NCBI GenBank assembly: GCA_002189035.1
Contig: NEEC01000008.1
Location: 1,178,001-1,242,000 of the forward strand
DNA length: 64,000 bases
From: Utricularia gibba
Lineage: Eukaryota; Plantae; Magnoliophyta
Direction: 5' to 3'
Part shown: positions 51,975 to 64,000 of the stretch, in pieces
Layout: the number at the start of each line of letters is the position of its first letter
How positions within the stretch are numbered: position 1 is the first letter of the stretch
Position numbers and translations under genes: made by a program
The notes under the pieces: model-generated
Seen by the model: the letters and a program-made list of their open reading frames with translations, nothing else
Databases searched by the model: none
Told to the model about the DNA's origin: nothing

Positions 51975-54546
51975 ATGAAGAACTCTATACCTGAACACCA
52001 ACTGTACATAGAGAGTGAGGAGGAGGAAGAGGAATATGGGAATGCTCATGAGAAAGATGGGGATATGGATGCCGGGAATGACTCCGATTCGTCTCATTCC
52101 TCACGCGAAGATCGCCCACGAAGCAAGCCCAATTCTTACAATCCATCTTGGCCTCTGAGTTACAGGTGTGCTCTCCATTTTGTGCAAGTGTAATATTTCA
52201 TTCTGCAACTTGTTAGCATCACGCTGATTCCCAATACATTTCGTTGCAGGCAGTCCATCGATTTGTACGGCAGCATTCAGTCTCCAACTCTGGACTTTCT
52301 GGGAACACCAACTTTGTCAAGAATTAGTGGGTCGTTCCTTTCGACATCGCTTGTCCGAAGGCATACACCTGAGATTCTGCCAGATCTCAACAAGCCCCTA
52401 CTTGATGGTAAGGAGGAGGACGCGAAACCGAAAGAACGGCGAAGCTCGCATTCCCTTCTGCCGCGTCTTCACTCGAGGAGATCCAGTTCAACGTATGTCT
52501 TACCTGATGGCAAAGTTCTTGACTCCCATGGACTTCCGGCCATGCGCAACTGTTCATACGGCCAGTCGGTATTAAACGGTAATAGAAACCTACTGCTTCT
52601 TACCTTACCAAAGCTTCATTCCTTTAATACACTGGCGTTGTTTCTGTATATTTCGTAGGCATAAATGTCCTCTGCGGAGTCGGAATCCTTTCTACGCCTT
52701 ATGCTGTGAGAGAGGGAGGCTGGTTTGGATTACCCATTTTGTTCATATTTGCCATACTTTCATATTACACGGGAATCCTTTTAAGGGCTTGTATAGATAG
52801 CCGGCCCGGGATCGAAACGTATCCCGATATCGGTCAGGCTGCCTTTGGAACAACAGGGAGAATTGCAATATCTGTAAGTTCAGTTATTTCCGTCATGGAA
52901 TCAGTTCTATTCTGTTCTGTTGCTCTTCATTGCTAACTCTTCACATCCTTTCTGAAGGTAATTCTGTACGTGGAACTATATGTAAGTAAATCCAATCCAA
53001 GCACCTGTGAGAAGAAAACTCATCAACTAAATTGAAGTTAGCTTGAGAATGTGGTTTTTTATTATTTTCAGGCTTGTTGCATCGAGTACATAATCTTGGA
53101 AAGTGACAACTTGTCGTCATTGTTTCCCAATGCACATCTGAACTTTGGAGCTCTGGATTTGAAGTCAGAGCAGCTTTTTGCTGTTTTGGCTGCTCTAATT
53201 GTTCTTCCAACTCTATGGCTGAAAGACCTGAGGATTCTGAGCTACATCTCCGGTGAGGTTCCTTTCAAAAGCAAGATACTTGTGAAGCCACCGGCTGTTT
53301 CATTAATCATAGTTCCTTTTTGTCTGTGAACCTTTAGCTCTTGGAGTCGTTGCTTCATTCTTAGTGGCTGCTTGTCTCTTCTGGGTCGGCATAGTGGATG
53401 GTGTCGGGTTCGAAGCTTCAGGGACGACACTGAATTTATCAACTCTCCCGGTTGCTATCGGTCTATATGGCTACTGCTACTCGGGCCATGCTGTTTTTCC
53501 CAACATCTATTCATCAATGAAGAACCCTAACCAGTACCCTGCTGTCCTTCTGGGCAGGTAACTTGAACTTTTCATCCTTTCACCTCCAGAAAGCGCATTC
53601 ATATTCACTCATCAGAGATTCAAGTTCAGTTTTTAACTGCAGCTTTGGATTCTGCACTCTGGTGTATGCTGCTGTTGCTGTTTGTGGATACCTGATGTAC
53701 GGGGAGTCAACTCAATCTCAGTTCACTCTCAACTTGCCTAAAAACTTGGTTGCTTCAAAAATTGCTGTCTGGACCACGGTAAGCCAAGTCAACAGCTACC
53801 CAGAGTTCAGTTTCGCTTTCAGCATCATTTAAGTTGTTGGTGCAAGAGTTCTCCTCTGAAAAAACATCCTTTTGACGCAGGTGGTGAATCCTCTAACAAA
53901 ATATCCTTTTTCTGTGATCCGTTCCTTTGTTGTTGATCCCTAACAAGACTTTGATTGTATGATCCTTGACACTAGCTACATATGCCTTGACCATGTCCCC
54001 TGTTGCTCTGTGCCTTGAAGAACTGATCCCCTCAACCCAAAATAAATCCTACATGTACTCAATTCTCATAAGAACAGCCCTTGTCATATCAACTCTGATC
54101 TTGGGACTCACCATCCCCTTCTTCGGTAAGCTCAGAACCAGGTAAATGTAACACAAAGGTCATTTCCCAGCATATCTCATCTGGTTTCCTTCTTGCTTTC
54201 CTTTCAGGTCTGGTTATGGCCTTGATTGGCTCTTTCTTCACAATGCTTGTGGTATGGCTGTCTCCTAACTCTTTCGAATCCATACATATGGCTCAATATA
54301 CATTGTGATGTGCAGACACTCATCCTTCCTTGCGTCTGCTACCTGATCATCTTGAGGGGTAAAACAAACATGTACCAGGTACAGAACACAAGAACATAAC
54401 CCTCAATGCATCAAATGTGTGTTGTGATTTGTTGGTTTTGTGCGACACAGCGCACAACGTGCACGATGGTGATCATCGTCGGCGTGGTATCGTCGGCGAT
54501 CGGAACCTACATTGCCCTCGCTAGGATCATCTCCAACTTGGTCTGA
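51975..54546 (+). CDS. AVT1: Vacuolar amino acid transporter AVT1 family (12 exons)
   Basis: Acidic N-terminus, WP.SYRQSIDLY, LNGINVLCGVGILSTPYA, TYPDIGQAAFG, GLYGYCYSGHAVFPNIYSSM, WTTVVNPLTKYALT and PFFGLVMALIGS. Confidence 0.93.
53901..53979 (+). other. U12-type AT-AC intron (79 nt) in AVT1
   Basis: Donor ATATCCTTTT, branch site TCCTTGAC at 53963-53970, terminal AC at 53978-53979. Splicing restores NPLTK-YALT. Confidence 0.93.
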
Positions 54547-54810
54547 TTTGGTCTCCAAACTTCTGCACAGGGATGGAGTGAGGGTGAAAGAACATTATTT
54601 GCTTATTTGCTGTTACATAGATGCATCTTGATGACTGGCCCAGAGCCTTAATTCAAACTTCTCATTTGGCATAATGCATACAAGCATCGTTGCAACTCAG
54701 GCAAGCTTCCTGACAAGACAATGCCAGTACAGGTCAAGGGCTAAGCAAAACAGCCCTACATTGTGCCTACAACTTATTGAATGGCTGAAGGAAAGCTTCC
54801 GTTTTCTGAA

Positions 54811-55527
<717 letters not shown>

Positions 55528-58406
55528 CTAAGGTCTTTCCTCGTAACCCTGGAGATCCAACTTCAATTCCGAATACTAAATTTGAATAATAAATCAAAAT
55601 AAATAGCATTATCCGCACTAATAAATATTCCCCGCATCAAATTAATTATTACTTTCCTTTTATTTTTCTGGGCCTCTAATATAAGGCCCAGTAACCAAAA
55701 GAAGGCCCAAAACGTAGAGGCCGAGCATTCACTATTGCTGACTCGTTTTATTGGACATTTTAATTTACGTGATATTAAATATAAATAAGATTAATTTTCA
55801 TCAAAAAAATGAATAAAAAATTTAAATATATTTTTATAGGAATAATTATTTAAATATATACCATTTAATAAAATTTGAACATACATTGAATATTATTAAA
55901 ATAGCTATACTTAAATCCTCATATAAAATTATCTATCATATGATTGGAAATAACAAATTTATTTAATACATGAGTTTTTATTTCATTATAAAACATCCAA
56001 ATATATTATTTAACATAAAATAATTTTTTTATATCCTATGAAACGATATTTTATTCTTTTACAAAAAAGAAGAATATAATGAATATAAAAAATTCATTTA
56101 AGTAGGAGATGAATGAAGGCAGGAAAATGATATGCCATGATGCCACGGAGATGTGTCATGGTGCATCATACTAATGAGCTCACGATGGTAGTTGAGATTG
56201 GTCCACTAATAATGACATCTATCGAATAAAACATTAACTAACAATTCTCGTAAAACTAATTCTAATAATACAGAATTTTAATATTTGAAAAATAAAACTT
56301 TTGTACTAAAAAGTAGATCGTTTATTTTAAAAATAATACTTGAAACAAATTATCGTGTTCTATTTGGTTTTTTATTTTTAAAAAACTATTTTTTGAAAAG
56401 TATTTCTAATATAACAAAAATTTAAACAACCTTTTGAGAAAATCAAAATCACTTTTATTCAAAATAGAATTAATTCTATTTTTTTAAAAATATATATCTA
56501 ATTCAATTTCCCATGAATTACTTTTTTTCTATAACAATTATGAAATAATAGGTTTTTTTATGAAAATTGATTTTCGAAAAGTGATTATAAAATTGAAATT
56601 ACGTTTATACTTTTTTGTAAATAATTATAATTAATGCTATTATAAATAAGGTAATACTCATCACAAATTTGAAATCATCACAAATCCATTCCTAATTACC
56701 GTCATTAATGTTCCTTGTCACTAGAAATGGTATGAGGCATTTAATAGGATAGATTGAATTAATATTTTATGCAAATTATTTATGTTTATATAAATACTTA
56801 TAATAAATTTTATAATATATATTTAAATGATATTTTTAGTAAATGGATAGAAAATAAAATCCATATCATATATTTTGATTAAGAAAAATTGGTAAAACGG
56901 TTTTACAAATTAATTATAAAGGAATGCGGATTAGGGTTTCTACTGTTTGGGCGGGGTTTGCGGCGGACTGGCCCCACGTCTCTGTCGTCGGTGGATTGTG
57001 GCCGTTGGATGCTCCACGAATGAGGAGCGTCGAATTTTGCGTGCCTGCCAGCTCATGTGCAATCAGGCGACAGTCACGTGACTTCCATTGGGATCTGAGC
57101 TTGTCCTGGCGTATCCCCACTATAGTTGTTTGTTAATTCAGTAAATTAAATAACTAGAATCACAAAAAAAGATAAATTCTAAAAAGAATATAATATTATT
57201 TTTCAAAAGATATAGAAATGTAAATTCTATTTTATTATCATATTTTGAAAAAAGATAATTTTGAGAAGTAACATAAAATTAATTTATTAAATTGGAGAAA
57301 TCATTTTGCTGATTTTTTTATTGGGAAATGCTTATCTAAATAAAAAAAGAATATTTGAATTTTATTATGTCGAATTTCCATCAAATTGAAACGTTGCATT
57401 AGTGGTGGAATATTCCCGATGGTTTAAAAGCTTAGGACCGTGTGGGCCACCCTATTTCACTCTCTTTTTTTTCCCCATGTAATAAGCAGCGGTAGTTCTT
57501 CGTGGGACTGGGAATGTAAAACAAGCGGGGGTTTGCAGCAGAGCTTGGAGTGAAACCACATCTTTATTTACAGCAGTAACGCTTTTTCTTTTCTTTCCTT
57601 GTTCGCCATACTCGCAGTTGGAGTCCAATACACGAATGGAATACAGCTCCAACAAATAAAGATGAGAAAAGAAGAATCATAATTTCTGTGTGTCTGTAAA
57701 TTGGGTGTTTTTCTCTTCTACCCTTTTTTGTCGTGTTTCATTATTTGAGTAGCTAGCTGCCTCCATCCTGTTTTAAGAGTCTGCCCCCCTTGTTGCTGCT
57801 GCTGCTCCTCTGCTCTTGAAGACGTCAGAATTCCCCACCATTCCCATTTTCTTCTTCAGATTCCTCATTTCTCTGCACACAGGTTGGTTGCTTATCTTCT
57901 TCTTTTGTTTGTAATGGGGTTTTCTTTAAGAGCCTTTTATTGTCTTCTCAACTTCAAATTTTGACACCCCTTGCTTATCCCATCTGGGTTCAATTTCAAA
58001 CTGGTTTATTGTTGTGCAACGTTGCTTGGGTTTTGTACCAAAGACCCTCTCTTCATTCACAGGGTTTTTGCTGAGATTGAGTGATGTTCATTGGTTTTGG
58101 TGAAACCCAGTTCCTGGTTGGTGAAATTTGTGCTGGGTATGGGAAAGTTTGAATTTTTTTGTGCCGGTGCGGCGGTGCGGACTTGATTATAAAAATCCTA
58201 CTTTGCTCAGAGTGCCTGAATGGTCTGCTGGGAAAGCAGAGTGAACCTCTCCCCACCAGCATTTAATTTCAGTATTGCATTTTTCACCGCACCGCACCTC
58301 CAAAAAGAAAAAGTGCAAGTTACCCGGCTCCTTTTTCTTCTTGTGATCAATGCAACTCTTCTGTTCTTACAGAGTTTCTGTTCCTCGTTATTCTGTTTTA
58401 GGAAAA

Positions 58407-59396
58407 ATGGTCCCCAGTCTCGCAGATGAGATTGACTCTGCATCAAACTTCTTTGATCAAATCGACGACTTGATCAAATTTCCTCCTGATATCGAATACT
58501 TGGTTGGCGCCGGTGACTCCAATGATATTCTTCCGACCATGTGGAATGTCTCATTGCCTGATGCCGACGATGCGTTCTCCTGCACCCATGCCGATAAACT
58601 CTTAGCCGAGCTTTCAGTTCCGGTGAATACCTCCGTCTTACGATTATGCTCGTCTTTCAGTGTATCCAATTTTGAGTGACGTTTTCCTGGTGCAGCATGA
58701 GGATGTCGTGCAGCTCGAATGGCTTTCGGCCTTCGTGGAGGATTCGTTTTCTAGTGGAGGAATGACAATTGGAATGGAGGATAACTTGTGCAGCAAAAAG
58801 GATCTCTCAGTGCAGCAGTTTCAAACTTCAAGTCCTGTGTCTGTGTTAGGAAGCACGACCAGCAGCTCTTCCAAGTGCGTTGGTGTCATCACCCTGAGTC
58901 CACCTCAGAGCCCGAGCCGCCAACGTGCAAGAAGCAAGCGCCCTCGCCCAGCAACATTCACTCCCAGAGCAGGGATTCACCTCATTCCCCTTCTTCACCC
59001 CCCCGGCCGTTCACTGAGAATTTCAATGCCGCCCCTGTGAAGAGCAACATCATTGAACCAACTGCAGTGGAACCTCATAGCAAGAAGGTAAAGATCACAA
59101 CTCCAAAAGTCACCGTTGACGCGGCATCACCACCACCGCAGATGATCAGGAAATGCATGCACTGCGAGATCACCAAGACTCCTCAATGGCGTGCCGGTCC
59201 GATGGGGCCGAAAACGCTGTGCAATGCCTGCGGCGTTCGTTATAAATCCGGGCGACTCTTCCCTGAATATCGCCCTGCTGCAAGCCCAACCTTCATCCCA
59301 TCTCTGCACTCCAACTCCCACAAGAAGGTCATTGAAATGAGAACAAAGGGCGTGGAAGCAACATCAACTACTACAGCTTCAGCTAAGCCAATCTAA
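58407..59396 (+). CDS. Subfamily A GATA transcription factor (GATA8-like); exons 58407-58622 and 58696-59396, with a -1 frameshift at about 58987-59004
   Basis: [46 protein letters not shown] and [47 protein letters not shown]. Confidence 0.9.
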
Positions 59397-60000
59397 AGGG
59401 CACACTTCAAAGCTCCATATCTCAATCCCGGTTCAACTTTCAAGTAGTTTCCTGCAAGTTATTCGATTTCTTGGTTCGTTGGTTCTTTCTAGGGAGGATG
59501 ATGATAAGCTAGTTGGAGGGCAACATATTATAGGGAAGGAATGAGTTGTTGCTGAGTTCATATATCCTTTGTATGTTCCAGTTATGTGAGTTGTATGATT
59601 CTTCTCTGTTTCGGCTCCATCTGGTAACCGGGATGCCATGCGGGTCATTTTCAAACACAGGCCCGTGAAAGATATCAGGCTCGGATCCGAATCCAGGCCC
59701 ATTTATGCATAACACCGCAAATAAAATTATTAAACAAATACCCATTTATGCTTCGATTGGGAGCCATCAGGAGGAGGAACGTGGGACCCATGCATTGACT
59801 ATATTCCAGATGGCGGCTGCTTATAGGAGCACTCAAAAAATGCAAGCGGGCCCACATTCCAAGTGGTGGTGCGTGTTGTCTAAAAGCGTCCACCATGATT
59901 TGGGATCGATCCCTCCCGTGTCCGATCCGGACCCCACCGTGTCCTACGGAAATCAAAGCGGAGGAATATTTTTGTTAATTTTTTAATTAATTTTCAATTT

Positions 60001-60243
60001 CTATAAATAACCATAAATACAGTTTGGAAGATCAGGCAGCCGCAAGCAATGCTTTGTGATCGATATAGAAATTGCTTGATATAGATTTTTTGAGACGCCC
60101 CTAAAATGGCGGAGATTTTCTAATCCATTACTATTCACGGAAAGCGCGATTGGACGGTTGGCTGGCTGCTGTCCTCCTCCTCCATGATCAAAAAGCAGGC
60201 ACGATATAAAGATGCCAAGCACCAGACTGACTGTACGGCCCAT
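60001..60243 (-). CDS. Hypothetical 80-aa ORF with a hydrophobic N-terminus (candidate secreted peptide)
   Basis: Intronless ATG-to-stop ORF on a GC-richer patch, starting MGRTVSLVLGIFISCLLF. No family motif recognised. Confidence 0.25.
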   Translation of the reverse strand: MGRTVSLVLGIFISCLLFDHGGGGQQPANRPIALSVNSNGLENLRHFRGVSKNLYQAISISITKHCLRLPDLPNCIYGYL

Positions 60244-61493
60244 TTATGCCATGTCAGCAAAAGCCCAGTTTTTAAAATATTATTATTTAACTAAGAATAT
60301 GTTTTTATTGCAAATTTAAATTATATAACACATTAAAAATTCGAGTTGAACCAATTTCAATTCAATCCAAAAGCATAATTAAAAAATTAAATAATTATTT
60401 TTTTATTTTTTTGTAATATTTCTGATTCATTAATTGTCAAAAAGTACGATAACACATTGGCATAAAACATTGTTTTTATTCCCCTAAAAATTTAAATAAA
60501 ATATTGTATGTATTTTTTTATTTATAATTTTATTTTAATTCTTCATCCTACGTTTTCTGAACTTTTATTGAGATAGCTTGTTAAATGAAATTAAAATTTA
60601 GTATTAATGAAATGAATTATATACTAAATTATATTTTAATTTGATTAGATTATATAATATTACAATAAAATCTATGTATCACCGTTTATAAATTTCCAAT
60701 TACCTTTTCTTGAGTTTTTTTAATGTAAAGTATGTGGAAAATAACGGTTAAAAATGGTGTATAAAGAAGGAAGAATAAATTAAAAAGCAAAGGTCTTTAG
60801 CAATATTTTTTTAAAAAAATTGAATGAATTATATGATTTAATGATGTATTTAAGTTCACTATTTTATAATGATTTTAAATGAGTTTTAATAATATTTATT
60901 ATATTTTAAATTCGAAAATTAATAATTATTAATTAAATAGATGAAATATATTTTTAAATTTATTATAACAGTTGAGGGAGGAGTTTTTGGGAGAGAGAGA
61001 TGCTGTCGTCCGTTCTTTTTAAGAGGAGTGTAACAGTGACAGACAGAGGCCAGAGGATGATTGCTTTGTGGGACTGCGATGGAGGGGAAGGCCGGCGACA
61101 GCAAAAGTGGGATACGGAGCTTGATCCCCCATGCGAATATGCCCACTTGGCTGTGGACTCCAATTTACGCCCACCACTTGTTTGTTTGTAAGCCTCCAAA
61201 AAGTTCGAATGCCCCCACGCATGGGCACCTTTCTTTTGCTTTGCATTTCCGGGTTTTGATGTTTCGCCCTGTTAGAAGCAAAGCAAAGCATTATTGGCGA
61301 TTTGGGTTTTCTGGTACACCTTCTCTGGCCTTCTCCAGCTACAAGGGGCAAAATCTCTTTCACCAAAAAGGTCCCAAAAGATTGAGAGAGGGAGAGCAGA
61401 GCAGACCGGTTCTTGGAATTCGTTATTGCTGCTTCGGCTCTGTTTTTGTTAGATCTTTAGTGAGAGGAGACTCTGGGTCTGGGTGAGTATGCT

Positions 61494-64000
61494 ATGCCGA
61501 CACCGGTGGATATTGCCCGCCAATGCTTGGCCAAGGATGCGGCTGGGGCTCTCGACGATGCAATCGCGGTGGCCAAGCGCAGGAATCATGCCCAGACGAC
61601 GTCTTTGCACGTTGTCGCTTCTTTACTTGCTCTTCCTTCTTCCCTGCTCCGAGATGCCTGCACGGTCTCCAGAAACGTCGCACACTCTCAGCGCCTTCAG
61701 TTTCGGGCTCTGGAAATCTACGTCAGCGTTGCTCTCAACCGGGTTTCGGTTTCAAAAGCCCCGGGAGACGAACCGCCGGTTTCAAATTCGCTGATGGCGG
61801 CGATTAAGAGATCTCAAGCAAATCAGCGACGGCACCCGGAAACATTTCTGCTGTATCAGCAGCAACTGAATTCCAATCCCGACAGCCCACCCTCGGTTTC
61901 GGCCGGCAAAGTCGAGTTGAAGCACTTCGTGATGTCTATTTTAGATGACCCAATCGTCAGCCGTGTCTTCAGCGACGCGGGTTTTCAGACTCAAGAGATG
62001 AAGTTCACGGTTATGAGTCCTTCCACTGTTTCTCGATTTACGTCTACTATTTCTCCGTCTCCGCCTCAGTTTCTGAGCAGATTGAGCGATTGCAAGAAAA
62101 GTAAACTTACCCATAATTTCCCCTTTTTACTAGAAGATGGTGATGGGAAAGCTGGTGGGAATACAAAAAGAATCAAGGAGGTTCTCTGTAAACCAACACG
62201 GAGAAATCCTTTGCTTATTGGGGCGTGCGCGGGTGATGCATATACCCATTTTCTTGATTCCATGAAGATTGGTGGAAATGGAATCCTCCCTGATGAAGTT
62301 AAAAGCATGAATTTGGTGTCTCTGGAACATGAAATTTCAGAATTCTTAAGTGGGCGTTTAAGTGATGTAGCGATGGAACTGAAGTTAAAGCAATTTGATG
62401 ACAGTCTCCCGGGACGTGGAATTCTTGCGCATTGTGGTGACTTAATCGCACTTGTGAATGCTCAATCTGCCGATCTTGTTTCGTGCGTGGTTACTAAACT
62501 GAAGAAATCAATGGTGAACCCATGCCGGAAGCTTTGGCTGATTGGATTCTTGGTTGGTGATGATGTCTATAAGAAATTGCTAGAGCGTGTTCCTTCTCTA
62601 GAAACGGATTGGGATTTGAATCTGCTTCCCATTACATCCTCCGCTATTGGAGAAAAGTGCCTAAACCCCAGGTCTGTGATCCATTTTGTTATCCTTTTTC
62701 TCCTTTCGTTCTTGTGAACTGTTTGATTTTGGAACTTCATTTTGAGGTCCTCGGAATATTAGGATAGCAAGGATGGGTTTTGCTGCCTTCAGCATTTTGA
62801 AACATACGACTTGGGATTGCAAATAGACTTGCATGAGAGCTTAAAAATGAAAACGCTTTGACCCTTGTTCGCTGGTTATGGTTTGAACATGAAACTTAAG
62901 AATAGTGATATAGGGCCTGCTGGGGTGAACCCGTATCCTGCATTTTAGTATTTGCATCTTTGACTTCCTAACTTTCCCTTCTACTCTCTGCATTTGTGCG
63001 TGACTCTTACCCATTTTGTGATAATCCTTGCAGCTTAATGACGACATTTGTTCCCTTTGGGGATTCTTTTCTGCCAGGTCTGAGCGTGGAACCATGCGCC
63101 CCAATGCAAATATACTGTTGGAACTATGTGAGTGGTGCAATGAGCAGTACAAGCAAGAAGTTTCGGCAGTTTATAAAGGAGAACTTATGGACACTGCTGT
63201 TAAGCAGCCAGAAAACCAGTATTCATCTTTGCAAATAGGTAAGATATCCAGTGCTTTGGTGGTTAGTCAATCATTTGAAGCATGAATGGCTTATGCTGTG
63301 AATTTTCAGTTGGAAGATGCATCATAAATACAGCCTCTGTCTTTTTCAGTGCAGATCAAAGAAGGGAATTTAGAATTGAGTACTAGGGTCGCTGCGCTGC
63401 AAAGAAAGTGGAGTGATGTTTGCCGGAGGCTTCATGCTTTTAAAAAATCTGGTGGGTGTTTTTCCCTCAATGGATCCGTGGTTCCTAGTGAGAAGAAGCT
63501 CCCATTTTCTAAAGATTGTGAGCGAGGGGATGTATCACATCAAATCATTGCAGCACAAAATATAGATTTGAATGACATCCACCAAAGCACACAAATGCCA
63601 ATGGCCTCTAAGTGCTCCAATCTTGTGGGCATAGATTTGAGGCTTGGAACACATCTTGGATTTCTAGATGAATCTCCAAGAAAGCGAAAAGCAAGAGAGG
63701 ACGATGGTGGGAAGTCTGTTGATCATGCAACCCATTTATCATTTCTTTCTGGTCATCTTCGCAAACAGGCGTTTGGAAAGGAATTAGAAGTTCCTTGGAA
63801 TGCTTTGGCCGAGATGGTTTACTGGCAAGTGGATGCAATTCAGGCTGTCCATAGAGCCGTGACACGTTGGAGGCACGAGGAAAACAAGGGCTGCCTTTGG
63901 TTCACTTTTCTAGGACCTGATAAAGTTGGAAAGCTGAAAACTGCTGCATTGCTATCTGAGATTGTTTTTGGACCAACTGGGAACTTTGTGTGTCTTGATC
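61494..64000 (+). CDS. SMXL: SMXL6/7/8 (D53-like) strigolactone signalling repressor, 5' part. Exons 61494-62671, 63034-63238 and 63350 to the window end, with a -1 frameshift at 63059-63062.
   Basis: MPTPV..ARQCL....A.ALDDA.AVAKRRNHAQTTSLH, PPVSNSLMAAIKRSQANQRRHPE, ILDDPIVSRVF, RRNPLLIG, SLM..FVPFGGFF, LQRKW.DVC.RLH and WFTFLGPDKVGK. Runs off the window end. Confidence 0.92.

Noticed and set aside
56109-56172. Imperfect inverted repeat (ATGAT...CCATGA / TCATGG...ATCAT)
   Set aside because: The stem is short and interrupted, with no match to miRNA families I know.

Overview
Plant (eudicot-like) nuclear genomic DNA. It is gene-dense, with about 20 genes or gene relics in 64 kb, mostly 65-120 nt introns, AT-rich spacers and no recognisable LTR retroelement. 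Genes in order: VPS36 (+), GAMYB-type R2R3-MYB with a miR159 site (+), NC2-alpha/DRAP1 (+), PLP-dependent molybdenum-cofactor-sulfurase-like gene (+), small uncharacterised gene (-), CDPK-related kinase (-), PWWP protein (+), class I formin (-), dormancy/auxin-associated protein (-), a collapsed TOPLESS-related relic (+), importin alpha (+), an unidentified relic (-), Di19 zinc finger (+), RRP15-like probable pseudogene (+), two tandem ATL RING-H2 genes (+), DUF1997 gene (-), AVT1 amino acid transporter (+), GNAT acetyltransferase (-), GATA factor (+) and the 5' part of an SMXL6/7/8 (D53-like) gene (+). I found no convincing wholly new biological system. The most notable observations are: a textbook U12 AT-AC intron next to a 20-nt micro-exon; a Di19 intron that looks like a U12 AT-AC intron converted to GT-AG; a TOPLESS-related gene eroded by internal deletions; a poly(A)-only insertion between 15-bp direct repeats; a roughly 21-bp-phased array of GCCCA (site II) motifs; and single-base losses in short base runs of six otherwise intact genes, most likely assembly errors. 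All exon structures and family assignments were made by eye and from memory of the protein families; no database search was run.
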